A stretch of 64,000 nt of DNA from Candidatus Moranbacteria bacterium RIFCSPHIGHO2_01_FULL_55_24 (GTDB lineage: Bacteria; Patescibacteriota; Minisyncoccia; Moranbacterales; UBA1568). Positions 19,353 through 28,528 of this stretch are shown one piece after another. The first letter of the stretch is position 1, and every line of letters starts with the position of its first letter. The notes under the pieces are model-generated. The model searched no databases. It was not told where the DNA came from and saw nothing but the letters and a program-made list of their open reading frames with translations. The translations under genes were made by a program, and so were the position numbers. Location: the NCBI GenBank assembly GCA_001786575.1, contig MFRW01000005.1:23581-87580 (forward strand), given 5' to 3'.

Positions 19353-21125
19353 CTACAAGCTGCGTTTTTTCTCTTCTTCTTTGTAGGCAACGAGCGTGTC
19401 TCCGACTTGGATCTTGACGGATCCTTCGAAGACGACACCGCATTCATTCCCTTGGCCGACCTCGTCCGCATTCTGCTTGTTCTGCTGGAGATTCGTCATG
19501 CGGCCGCTTCCGACGGATTCGCCGTCACGGAGCACTTCGATGAGCGATCCGCGCAGGAGCTTGCCTTCGCTGACGCGTCCGCCGACGATCATGTCGCGCT
19601 TGCCGGTCTTGAAAATCGCCATGACCGAGAGGCGGCCGGAATCGGTGCGGACGATTTCCGGCGGCAGGAGGGAAGCCATCTTCTCTTTCACGGCCTCGAC
19701 CAGCTTGTAGATGATGTTGTAGGTTTCGATCATAACACCGCTGTTTTCGGCCAGACGCTTCGCGACGGAGGTGGGTTCGGCATTGAATCCGAGGATCAGC
19801 GCGTCGCCGCTTTCTGCCATCCTCACGTCGGACTCGGTGATATTACCGACCCCGGAAGAGATGATCTGGAGATTCACCTCGGAGGATTCGATAGAGCCGA
19901 GGATCTGTTCGATAGCCTCGAGCGACCCCTGGACGTCAGCCTTGAGGACGACAGCGAGCTTCTTGATCTCCTCTTCTCCCTCGCCTTGGATCTTGGAAGT
20001 TTTGCTCTTGGCAGTATCTTTCAGGAGCGCTTCCTTGGATTTGAGCCGGGCCAAGCCTTTGCCACCGACGACTTGGACGACATCATTCACCTGGGGAGCC
20101 GTATTGAAACCGTAGACCGTCGTCGGCGCGGAAGGACCAGCGCTTTCCAGATTGCGGCCAGCGAAATCCTCGATGCGGCGGATGCGCCCGAAGGCGGCTC
20201 CGGAGACCACATCTTGGCCGACTTTGAGCATTCCGGTGCGCACGAGAACGGTTGCGACCGGACCCTTCTGGGGGTCGAGATGGGATTCGAGAACGACGGA
20301 GAGCCCATCCCGTTTCTGATCGGCCCGGAAATCCTCGACTTCGGCTACCAGGAGGATGTTATCGAGAAGGGTGTCGATATTGATATTGTTCTTAGCGCTG
20401 ATTTCCGTGCACATAGTGTCACCGCCCCATTCTTCGAAGAGGATGCCGTGCTCCGCCAATTCCTGCTTGACGCGCTCCGGCTTGGCATCGGGCTTGTCGA
20501 TCTTGTTTATCGCCACGATTACCGGGAGCTTGCGCTCTTTCAGGTAGGCGATCACTTCCTTGGTCTGGGGGCGGACGCCATCGTCTGCCGCTACGACGAG
20601 GATGGCGATATCGGCGATCGAAAGACCGCGCTTCCGCATCGCAGCGAAGGCTTCATGGCCGGGAGTATCCACGAAGGTGATCAGCTGCTTGTGCTTCTTC
20701 ACTTGGTAAGCGCTGATGTGCTGGGTGATGCCGCCTGCTTCGCCGGAAGCGACGCTCGCTTTGCGGATGGTATCGAGAAGCGTTGTCTTGCCGTGGTCGA
20801 CGTGACCGAGGATAGTGACGACCGGCGGGCGGGGAGAAAGATTCTTGCCGGAAGTCTTCTCTTCGGCGAGGATCTTGTTGAGCCCTTCGAGGGTGAGCGC
20901 TCCTTCACCGGACTCCTCGACGCTTTCCTGCGTCTCGAAGCCGAGGTCTGCCGCGATGACGCTCGCTGTCTCGAAATCGATCTCCTCATTGATCGTCGCC
21001 AGGATACCGTTCTTCATGAGTTCGGTGATAAGCGCCGGCACCGGCACGCCCAAAAGCTCCGCGAGTTTCTTGACGGTCACGGAAGATGGGAGCTGGACGA
21101 TTTTCGGAGCGGTTTCATTTGTCAT
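19353..21125 (-). CDS. infB: Translation initiation factor IF-2 (short form)
   Basis: [49 protein letters not shown]; start at MTNETAPK. Confidence 0.97.
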   Translation of the reverse strand: MTNETAPKIVQLPSSVTVKKLAELLGVPVPALITELMKNGILATINEEIDFETASVIAADLGFETQESVEESGEGALTLEGLNKILAEEKTSGKNLSPRPPVVTILGHVDHGKTTLLDTIRKASVASGEAGGITQHISAYQVKKHKQLITFVDTPGHEAFAAMRKRGLSIADIAILVVAADDGVRPQTKEVIAYLKERKLPVIVAINKIDKPDAKPERVKQELAEHGILFEEWGGDTMCTEISAKNNINIDTLLDNILLVAEVEDFRADQKRDGLSVVLESHLDPQKGPVATVLVRTGMLKVGQDVVSGAAFGRIRRIEDFAGRNLESAGPSAPTTVYGFNTAPQVNDVVQVVGGKGLARLKSKEALLKDTAKSKTSKIQGEGEEEIKKLAVVLKADVQGSLEAIEQILGSIESSEVNLQIISSGVGNITESDVRMAESGDALILGFNAEPTSVAKRLAENSGVMIETYNIIYKLVEAVKEKMASLLPPEIVRTDSGRLSVMAIFKTGKRDMIVGGRVSEGKLLRGSLIEVLRDGESVGSGRMTNLQQNKQNADEVGQGNECGVVFEGSVKIQVGDTLVAYKEEEKKRSL

Positions 21126-21163
21126 AGCGGAAGTTTTCTTAGGAAATAATATGAGAAGAGAGG

Positions 21164-21679
21164 CTAAACGGTAGTTGATTTTCCGCTGATCGCTTGGGAG
21201 ATGGCGGTCTTTTCCTCTTCGGTGAAGGGAAAACCGTCGGCATTTCCGTTTACGACAGGCTTGGCATAGACACGGGTGCCTTCGCGGGTATGGAGCGAGG
21301 AGATGACGAGGCCGCAATTCCGGCCATCCAGGAGGGCGACCGAAAAGCTCTGATTGCCGCCGACTTCCTTGAAAGGGTTGAAACGGAGCACGCTGGTCTT
21401 GTGGACGCTCTTCATGCCCAATTCCCGGAGACGGTTCGAAATCTCGAAAAGCTCTTGGATTTCCTGGTCAAGCGTTTTGGTTTCCTCGAGCTGTTCCAGA
21501 AGCACTTTTTCGAGGTCGCGGGCTTCTTTCCCGGAAAAGAAAACCTGAAGCTTCTTGGCAGTACGTCTCTGCCGTACCCAGACGGTAACGAGACCGGCCA
21601 ATATAAGCATTTCCCCGGCGAAAAGGCCGATGAGAGTATAGAGTGCTGCGGGAGAAAGCTCTTGGAAAAATCCGAACAT
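21164..21679 (-). CDS. DUF4446 family membrane-anchored protein
   Basis: N-terminal TM, coiled coil, RFNPFKEVGGNQSFSVALLD...YAKPV...EEE. Confidence 0.85.
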   Translation of the reverse strand: MFGFFQELSPAALYTLIGLFAGEMLILAGLVTVWVRQRRTAKKLQVFFSGKEARDLEKVLLEQLEETKTLDQEIQELFEISNRLRELGMKSVHKTSVLRFNPFKEVGGNQSFSVALLDGRNCGLVISSLHTREGTRVYAKPVVNGNADGFPFTEEEKTAISQAISGKSTTV

Positions 21680-21769
21680 AAGAAAAAGGCGTCTTGTTCG
21701 AAACGGTATCACGGATTTTCTCTTTTGTAAAGCCTTTTAAAAGCGAAAAAAAGCCAAGGCAAGGGATTT

Positions 21770-22033
21770 TTATCGGGCCGTCCAGAGCGCTTGCGGGTGA
21801 GCTACCAGGTCTTCTGGGGTGAAAGGGCGGACGAACTGGAAGCGCGGGCCGGAATAGCCTGCTTCGGGGATGTCCACCTGCTCTTCGAAGACTTCCCGCT
21901 TGCGGGCCCAGAGGGTGTAGTCGTCGTAGAGCGCCTGGTAGATGACCATGTCTTCGAGGTTTTCCTCATACTTGGCGATTCCGATTACCAGATACTCGCG
22001 GCCTTTGTAGTGCCTGTAGATGCCTAGCTGCAT
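21770..22033 (-). CDS. DUF1653 domain protein
   Basis: GIYRHYKGREYLVIG...VIYQALY...LWAR...F...PRF; start lies just downstream of tRNA-Ser. Confidence 0.88.
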   Translation of the reverse strand: MQLGIYRHYKGREYLVIGIAKYEENLEDMVIYQALYDDYTLWARKREVFEEQVDIPEAGYSGPRFQFVRPFTPEDLVAHPQALWTAR

Positions 22034-22057
22034 AGGTTTTTGTTTATGAAAATAATG

Positions 22058-22144
22058 AGGAGAGGGAGGGATTCGAACCCTCGGTACCCTTGCAGGTACA
22101 ACAGTTTTCGAGACTGTCCTATTCGACCACTCTAGCACCTCTCC
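22058..22144 (-). tRNA. tRNA-Ser(CGA)
   Basis: GGAGAGG/CCTCTCC acceptor stem, ACAGT-CT-CGA-AA-ACTGT anticodon arm, long variable arm GTACC-TGCAAG-GGTAC, GGTTCGAATCC. Confidence 0.96.
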
Positions 22145-22266
22145 TGGTTCCGGTTTTCTTATCTCTCCACTCTTTGTACAAGAAAGCGTCTGGCGAGGCA
22201 AGGGAGAGGCTTTGTTGTTCGCTTTTTTCGTTGTACAATAAAAGGCGAAATACCAACAAGAAAAAT

Positions 22267-22815
22267 ATGGCTGCGCCCCTTGCTTTGACGTTTGTCGACC
22301 CATCCCATGTCCTGCGTGATCTGCCCGTAGCGGCAGGGCAGAAAGTCGCCGATTTCGGCTGCGGCTCGGGTTATTTTTCCCTAGAATTCGCCAAGCGTGT
22401 CGGTGCGGACGGGAGCGTCCACGCCTTCGATGTGCTGCCTTCCGCCCTCGAGGCGGTCGCGAGCCGCGCGAAAACGATGGGAATCCAAAATATCACGACC
22501 AAGCGCGTGAACCTGGAGAACGCCGATGGTTCCACGCTCCTCGCAGAAAGCGTCGACTGGGTAGTGATCAAGGACATGCTTTTCCAGAATCAGAAGAAAG
22601 AAGCCATCCTCCACGAAGCGGCCCGCGTACTGCGGCCCGGAGGCTACATGCTCATCATGGAGTGGAGCCCGGAAGAATCGCTTGTCGGACCGGGGAGAGA
22701 ACTGCGCATCGCTCCGGAGAAGCTGCAGTCCATGACGGAAGCCGCCGGATTTTCCTTGGAGAAGGAAATCCCGGTTGGAGGATTCCACTACGCTTTTTTA
22801 GTGAAGAAAAAATAG
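22267..22815 (+). CDS. Class I SAM-dependent methyltransferase
   Basis: VADFGCGSGYF motif I, VHAFDV, RVLRPGG. Confidence 0.88.
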   Translation: MAAPLALTFVDPSHVLRDLPVAAGQKVADFGCGSGYFSLEFAKRVGADGSVHAFDVLPSALEAVASRAKTMGIQNITTKRVNLENADGSTLLAESVDWVVIKDMLFQNQKKEAILHEAARVLRPGGYMLIMEWSPEESLVGPGRELRIAPEKLQSMTEAAGFSLEKEIPVGGFHYAFLVKKK

Positions 22816-22819
22816 GCTT

Positions 22820-24217
22820 ATGAAGCGCTGGCAGAAAAGCATCATGCTCGGAATGGGGATATGCGGGATCGCGCTCCTTTCAGGCTGCGGATTCAAGACG
22901 ACTGCACCCGAGAGCTATAGCGTGGATCTGGAAGTCTGGGGAGTTTTCGACGACAGTGATGCCTACACGGAAATCTTCAACGAGTACCAGAAGCTCAATC
23001 CGTACGTGAAGAATATCCGCTACCGCAAGCTGCCGGTAGAGACGTATAAGGAGGATCTCCTGAACGCTTTGGCGGCGAACAAGGGGCCGGATATCTTCAT
23101 GATCCGCAATGTCTGGCGGACGTCGTTCGAGGACAAGCTTTCCCCGGCACCGGAAAGTTTCGCGGAACGGAGCTTCCGGGACGCGTTTGTCGATGTAGCC
23201 GCCGCCGACTTTATCGGGGACGACAAGAAGATCTATGCCGTGCCGCTCTCGGTGGATTCTCTCGCGCTCTACTACAACAAAGACCTCTTCAACGCGGCCG
23301 GCATCGCTGCGCCGCCGACGACCTGGGAAGAGCTTGCTGCCGATGCGGAGAAACTGAATAGCCTCGATGAATACGGCAATTTCCGCCAGTCGGGCGTCGC
23401 GCTCGGGACAGCCCGGAATATCAACCGCTCGACTGACATCCTTTCGGCTATGATGTTCCAGCTCGGAGCGAATCTGGGTCAGGAAAACGCTTCCGGCCAA
23501 GTGAACCTTAATGACGAAGCAAGCAGCAAAGCGACGGAATTCTATACCCAATTCGCGCGTATCGGTTCCCCATCCTATTCTTGGAATCCGCGCCAGCATT
23601 ACTCGATCGATGCTTTCTACGAGGGCACCCTCGGCATGATGATCAACTATTCCTGGCAGTACCCGACGATCAAGCAGAAGAACGCCAAGCTAAACATCGG
23701 CGTGGCACCCCTGCCCCAGTTCATCGGCGGGAAGACCAGCAATTATGCCAATTATTGGGGCTACGGAGTTTCCAAAAACAAAGAGTATACTGCGCCAGTG
23801 GGGCAGCAAGCGACGGTTGATCCGGCCAAGCAGAATGAGCTTCGCATCCATGAATCCTGGCAGCTTCTCCGCTTCATGGCGTACCCGCACCCCGAAAAGA
23901 CGATTACGCTCGTAAACGGGGCTGAAGGCACTTCCAAAGACTTTCCGCTCGCGTTCGATCCGGCGGAGAAGTATCTGGAGAAAACAAGGAAGCCGGCCGC
24001 CCGTCGCGACCTCATAGAGAAACAGAAGAACGATGTGGTGCTCTCGCCTTTCGCTCTGGGGAATCTCATCGCGAAGAACTGGGAACAGAGCAATCCGGAA
24101 GCGATCGAGACAATCCTCGCGGATATGATAGAGAGTTTCGTCAGCGGAGAAAAGAGTATTTTCGACGCATTGAGCACTGCCACGAACCGGATCAACGTGC
24201 TTTCGAACAAGCGCTGA
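22820..24217 (+). CDS. Extracellular solute-binding lipoprotein (family 1, sugar-binding-like)
   Basis: Lipobox LSGC, GPDIF, IYAVPLSVDSLALYYNKDLF, PPTTWEEL. Confidence 0.88.
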   Translation: MKRWQKSIMLGMGICGIALLSGCGFKTTAPESYSVDLEVWGVFDDSDAYTEIFNEYQKLNPYVKNIRYRKLPVETYKEDLLNALAANKGPDIFMIRNVWRTSFEDKLSPAPESFAERSFRDAFVDVAAADFIGDDKKIYAVPLSVDSLALYYNKDLFNAAGIAAPPTTWEELAADAEKLNSLDEYGNFRQSGVALGTARNINRSTDILSAMMFQLGANLGQENASGQVNLNDEASSKATEFYTQFARIGSPSYSWNPRQHYSIDAFYEGTLGMMINYSWQYPTIKQKNAKLNIGVAPLPQFIGGKTSNYANYWGYGVSKNKEYTAPVGQQATVDPAKQNELRIHESWQLLRFMAYPHPEKTITLVNGAEGTSKDFPLAFDPAEKYLEKTRKPAARRDLIEKQKNDVVLSPFALGNLIAKNWEQSNPEAIETILADMIESFVSGEKSIFDALSTATNRINVLSNKR

Positions 24218-24219
24218 TA

Positions 24220-24284
24220 TTGACAGAAGGCTTTTTTCCCTGTAGAATTCAGTCAATAAGAAAAGGCGTGCACGCGCCTTTTTT
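24220..24284 (+). promoter_or_regulatory. typA promoter plus a leader hairpin with a U tract
   Basis: TTGACA-N17-TAGAAT (24220-24248), then AAAAGGCG-tgcacg-CGCCTTTTTT (24261-24284). Confidence 0.6.
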
Positions 24285-24318
24285 CAGTGTTACAGCCTTT
24301 TTATCCCTCTCCATAACT

Positions 24319-26106
24319 ATGCAGATCAGAAACATCGCTATCATCGCGCACGTTGACCACGGCAAGACCACCTTGACGGATGCTTTGATGCGCCAGACAG
24401 GCATGGTGACCGCTGAAGGGGTCTCTATGGACTCGAACCAGCTGGAGCGCGAGCGCGGCATCACCATCTATGCCAAAAACGCCGCTCTCTTCTACAAGGA
24501 CACGAAGATCAATATCGTGGATACTCCGGGCCATGCCGATTTCGGCTCCGAAGTGGAACGGGTGCTCCGCTCTATCGACAGCGTCGTGCTCGTCGTGGAT
24601 GCCCAGGAAGGACCGATGCCGCAGACGCGTTTCGTCCTGAAGAAGTCCCTCGAGCTGGGGCTGAAGCCGATCGTGGTCTTGAACAAGATCGACAAGCCGG
24701 CCGCCCGGCCGAAAGAAGTCGCAGAGATGGTGTACGAACTCTTCTTGGATCTCGGCGCGAACGATGAGCAGCTGGATTTCAAAATCGTCTATGCGATCGC
24801 ACGCGAGGGCGTGGCGAGCCTCTCTCTCGAAACCAAGGGTGAGAACCTCTTCCCGCTTCTCGACACGCTGCTTGAAGTGGTGCCTCCGGCCGAACAGGCC
24901 GTAGACAAGCCGCTTTCCGCACAGCCCTTCAACCTGGGCTATGACAACTTCGTCGGACGTCTGGCGGTTGCCCGCGTCTACGAAGGCAAGGTTTCCGTGA
25001 ATGATTCCGTGCTCGTACGGAACGTTTCCGGAAAGAGCGAATCAGGCAGGATCGTAAAGCTGTTCACCTTCCGCGGACAGGAACGCGTCGAGACGAATCA
25101 GGTGGAGGCAGGGGATATCGTCATGATCGCCGGACTGCCGAATATCGAGATTGGCGATACTATCTGCGTGAATTCCGACCAGGAGCTTCTGCCCGCTATC
25201 GCGATCGACGAGCCGACTATCTCGCTCAACTTCTTCGTGAACGATTCTCCGTTCGCCGGACGCGAAGGAAAATTCGTGACGAACAAGCAGATCCGCGAAC
25301 GTTTGGAGAAAGAATTGGAAGTGAACGTGGGACTCCGTATCGACTTCGGCGATGCCTCCTACAAGGTCTATGGCCGCGGCGAACTGCACGTAGCAATCCT
25401 TCTGGAGAACATGCGCCGCGAAGGCTATGAGGTCCAGGTATCCCAGCCGCAGGTGATCATCAAGGAAGTGGACGGCCAGAAAGTCGAGCCGTTCGAAGAA
25501 GTGACCGTCGAGTGTCCGCAGGAGGCCTCGGGAACCGTCATCGAGAAGCTCGGCAAGCGCAAGGGCATCATGACCGATATGCGCGAAGGGAGTGGAGGCT
25601 ATACCCGCATGCTCTTCGATGTTCCGACTCGCGGGCTTTTGGGCTACCGCGGCGAGTTCATGATCGATACCCGCGGCGAGGGCACCCTCTATACCCGGGT
25701 GCTCGGTTTCCGTCCGCATGCCGGAGAAATCAAGAAACGCGATGAGGGATCGATGATCTCTATGGTTACCGGCAAAACCGCAGCCTTCGCACTGTACAAT
25801 CTGCAAGACCGCGGGGTTCTGTATGTAGGTGCCGCCGTAGAGGTCTACGAAGGCATGGTTATCGGCAATGTCACCAAGGGGTCTGACATGGCAGTAAACC
25901 CGATCAAGGGGAAGCAGCTGACCAACATGCGTTCTTCCGGCACTGATGATGCGATCAAGCTCATCCCAGCCTGGGAGCTTTCTATCGAGCGGGGATTGGA
26001 AACCATAGCGGAGGATGAATACCTCGAAGTCACGCCGGAAAGCGTCCGCCTCCGCAAGCAGTTTTTGAAAGAGACTGATCGGACAAAAGCCGGCCGCAAG
26101 AAGTAA
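24319..26106 (+). CDS. typA: Translational GTPase TypA/BipA
   Basis: [66 protein letters not shown]. Confidence 0.97.
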   Translation: MQIRNIAIIAHVDHGKTTLTDALMRQTGMVTAEGVSMDSNQLERERGITIYAKNAALFYKDTKINIVDTPGHADFGSEVERVLRSIDSVVLVVDAQEGPMPQTRFVLKKSLELGLKPIVVLNKIDKPAARPKEVAEMVYELFLDLGANDEQLDFKIVYAIAREGVASLSLETKGENLFPLLDTLLEVVPPAEQAVDKPLSAQPFNLGYDNFVGRLAVARVYEGKVSVNDSVLVRNVSGKSESGRIVKLFTFRGQERVETNQVEAGDIVMIAGLPNIEIGDTICVNSDQELLPAIAIDEPTISLNFFVNDSPFAGREGKFVTNKQIRERLEKELEVNVGLRIDFGDASYKVYGRGELHVAILLENMRREGYEVQVSQPQVIIKEVDGQKVEPFEEVTVECPQEASGTVIEKLGKRKGIMTDMREGSGGYTRMLFDVPTRGLLGYRGEFMIDTRGEGTLYTRVLGFRPHAGEIKKRDEGSMISMVTGKTAAFALYNLQDRGVLYVGAAVEVYEGMVIGNVTKGSDMAVNPIKGKQLTNMRSSGTDDAIKLIPAWELSIERGLETIAEDEYLEVTPESVRLRKQFLKETDRTKAGRKK

Positions 26107-26127
26107 CGTTCGCGATCGATATAGCTC

Positions 26128-26159
26128 GGGCCAGGAGGAGACTCCTGGCCCTCTTTTTT
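26128..26159 (+). terminator. Intrinsic terminator after typA
   Basis: GGGCCAGGAG-gaga-CTCCTGGCCC-TCTTTTTT. Confidence 0.8.
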
Positions 26160-26204
26160 GCTGTTTTTCTGTGATACAATAGAGAAAACAAAAACAGGCT
26201 CCAT

Positions 26205-27290
26205 ATGTATCAGAAAACTGCAAGAATCTTCTTTCTCGGGATGTTCTTGTTTTCTTTTTTCTCGCCGCTGCCGGCGGACGGCGCGGGTTTGGTGCCCTGC
26301 GGCCAGAATGTGAACGATCCTGCCACCGATATCGATGAGTCGGCAAAATGCACCATGTGCCATCTCGTGGTGGCCGGAAACGGGATCATCAACTGGCTCA
26401 TGGGGATCATGACGATCCTCGCGATCGCGATCGTCTTCGCTATGGCGATCTATTACATCATCTCGGCCGGGAACCAGGGGATGATGGAGACCGCCAAAAG
26501 CGGCATCAAGGCGGCACTCATCGGGTTTGCGGTCATGCTTTCGGCCTGGCTTATCGTCAATACCACGCTCCGGATCTTCGGCGCTACTATTCCGGGACTT
26601 ACTAGCTCTAGCGGAGGCTTCACCTTCACTTGCGATATCTCGTCTTCTGCCGGCACATCCAGCGCAGGCGCCGGAGCAGGTGCCGGAGCAGGCGTCGGAG
26701 CAGGTGCGCCAGCCGGAGGCGGTGCGGCCTGCGAGAACATCGATGCTGCCAAGGCGCGGCTTTCGGCAGGCGGTACGGTCTGCAACGGGACCGGTTCCTG
26801 CCCGTCTTGCAATACCCAGCCGTTCGATTCCTTGATCGAGAGGTATGCCAAGCAGTACAAAGTCTCTCCTGGACTGATCCGCGGAGTGATCGCTCGGGAA
26901 TCAAGCTGTGATCGGATTAAGGAGAAGAAGGAGAGCGACGGCAGTTCAAGCTGCGGGCTGATGCAGGTGAATACGCGTTCTTCTACATACTCCTGCGCCC
27001 AATTGAAAGATTCAGCCACGGGGATCATGGAGGGGACGCGTATCCTGGCAGCGGCTTACTCTACAGCACAAAGCCTGAAAGCCAAGTATGGCAATAGGGT
27101 GACCGTGAACGAACTCGCAGCAGCGATTCATAACGCGGGAGCGGGAGAGAGCGCGGCGAGCGTCGACTGTTCGTCGGCGAGCGGTTGGCCCACTATCCCG
27201 AAATGGGGATGCCCTATCAATCCAGGGAACGCTCAATTCAATGCGTGCGCCATCAGGGATTACGCTTGCAATGTCGGAGCGTGTAAATAG
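26205..27290 (+). CDS. VirB2/TrbC-like pilin fused to a C-terminal lytic transglycosylase (SLT) domain
   Basis: Signal peptide, GLVPCG..CTMCH, pilin TM-YIISAGN..TAKSGI..ALIG-TM, Gly/Ala linker, SLT motifs IARES (catalytic Glu), GLMQV and AAIHNAG; 16 Cys. Confidence 0.82.
   Translation: MYQKTARIFFLGMFLFSFFSPLPADGAGLVPCGQNVNDPATDIDESAKCTMCHLVVAGNGIINWLMGIMTILAIAIVFAMAIYYIISAGNQGMMETAKSGIKAALIGFAVMLSAWLIVNTTLRIFGATIPGLTSSSGGFTFTCDISSSAGTSSAGAGAGAGAGVGAGAPAGGGAACENIDAAKARLSAGGTVCNGTGSCPSCNTQPFDSLIERYAKQYKVSPGLIRGVIARESSCDRIKEKKESDGSSSCGLMQVNTRSSTYSCAQLKDSATGIMEGTRILAAAYSTAQSLKAKYGNRVTVNELAAAIHNAGAGESAASVDCSSASGWPTIPKWGCPINPGNAQFNACAIRDYACNVGACK
26664..26711 (+). repeat. Imperfect 12-bp tandem repeat x4 encoding the (AG)n linker
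   Basis: GCAGGCGCCGGA GCAGGTGCCGGA GCAGGCGTCGGA GCAGGTGCGCCA. Confidence 0.75.
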
Positions 27291-27302
27291 CTTTTAGGAA
27301 CG

Positions 27303-27587
27303 ATGATGTTTCACGCAGCACTTGTCTCTGTGGCCCATGCCGGAGCGATCACGGACGCGACACCGGTCGCCGGCATCCTTCAGAATGTTTTGGAATTTCT
27401 GTTGTCAATCGTTGGCGTGCTTGGTATAATCGGGTTAGTTATCGCTGGATTCCTGTATCTGTCGGCCGCCGGGAATATGAGGCAGACGAATCTTGCCAAG
27501 ACGATGACAGTCGCTTCGCTCATCGGCATCATAATCGCCTTGGGAGCGCTGGTCATCGTTTCACAGTTAAGCAAATTCTTCAGTTAA
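27303..27587 (+). CDS. VirB2/TrbC-like pilin
   Basis: Two TM helices joined by GFLYLSAAGN...AK. Confidence 0.8.
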   Translation: MMFHAALVSVAHAGAITDATPVAGILQNVLEFLLSIVGVLGIIGLVIAGFLYLSAAGNMRQTNLAKTMTVASLIGIIIALGALVIVSQLSKFFS

Positions 27588-27658
27588 GAGCAGAACGTAA
27601 AAATAAAAACAGAGCGCCTCGCAGGGAGGCCTCGTACATGGAAGGAGGTGAGAGAAGT

Positions 27659-28027
27659 ATGACACAAATCAAAAAAGCTTTGTACGGCGCATACGCTACC
27701 GCGTTGGCTTTGTCTCCTTTGGCGGCATCCGCACAATGGGGCCAGGGCATCAGTAATGCTGGCGAAGCAGATCTCCCGAGCGGAAGCATCATCGGTATCA
27801 TCGAACAGACCATGTACTGGCTTCTGGCCATCTTGGGTTTCATCGGTATTATCGGTTTCGTTATCGCTGGTATTCTCTATCTCACCGCAGCTGGCGATGA
27901 GAGCCAGATCGAGAAGGCCAAGAATGCTATGACGTATTCCATCATCGGCGTCATCGTCGCTCTGATCGGTTTCGTTATCATCCAGGCTGTCACGCAGTGG
28001 CTCGGTGGAGGAACCTCCAGTTTCTAA
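27659..28027 (+). CDS. VirB2/TrbC-like pilin (probable major pilin)
   Basis: Very strong SD (GGAGGTGA), signal peptide ending ASA, GILYLTAAGDESQIEKAK between two TM helices, own terminator. Confidence 0.85.
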   Translation: MTQIKKALYGAYATALALSPLAASAQWGQGISNAGEADLPSGSIIGIIEQTMYWLLAILGFIGIIGFVIAGILYLTAAGDESQIEKAKNAMTYSIIGVIVALIGFVIIQAVTQWLGGGTSSF

Positions 28028-28049
28028 GGACCACTTGTCCGGACCAAAG

Positions 28050-28079
28050 CAATCCGCCTGCAAGGCGGATTGTTTTTTT
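28050..28079 (+). terminator. Intrinsic terminator inside the pilin array
   Basis: CAATCCGCC-tgcaa-GGCGGATTG-TTTTTTT. Confidence 0.8.
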
Positions 28080-28120
28080 ATGCGGAAAAGAGTAGTATGG
28101 AGGCAGTAATAAAAGGATTT

Positions 28121-28519
28121 ATGTCCAAAAAACAAATACAAAGAAGCCTTCTATCCGTATTCTCAATTCTCCTGTTCGCGGGCGCGGTGCCTGTCCTTCA
28201 GGCGGTGACCACTTGCCCCACAGGCTATAATTTAGTTTCCGGAGTCTGTATTCCGAGTAACACCGGATTGCCTGACACGCCCGTCATCGACATTATCGGC
28301 GAGTTCATGTTCTGGCTCCTTTCCATCTTCGGAATGCTGGCGGTCATCGCTTTCGTGATTTCCGGTATCCAGTACATCACTTCGGCCGGCGATGAGGGCC
28401 AGGCCGAGACAGCCAAGAACAACATGAAGTACGCTATCATCGGCGTCATCGTCGCATTGAGCGGACTCGTTATCATCCAGGCTGTAGAGGGGGTACTTAC
28501 TGCGACGCCTGGTTTCTAA
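28121..28519 (+). CDS. VirB2/TrbC-like pilin with a short N-terminal disulfide loop
   Basis: Signal peptide, CPTGYNLVSGVC, GIQYITSAGDEGQAETAK pilin loop. Confidence 0.82.
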   Translation: MSKKQIQRSLLSVFSILLFAGAVPVLQAVTTCPTGYNLVSGVCIPSNTGLPDTPVIDIIGEFMFWLLSIFGMLAVIAFVISGIQYITSAGDEGQAETAKNNMKYAIIGVIVALSGLVIIQAVEGVLTATPGF

Positions 28520-28528
28520 TACGGGACT

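Noticed and set aside
17802-21149. Long antisense ORFs (e.g. 17802-19307, 19407-21149; also 38204-39718, 56095-59774, 61813-63453)
   Set aside because: They mirror well-identified genes on the other strand, as expected from GC3-biased codon usage, and contain no recognisable motifs
22034-22303. N-terminal extensions of the DUF1653 and methyltransferase ORFs in the track
   Set aside because: They run through tRNA-Ser and the divergent promoter region; the downstream ATGs match the family starts
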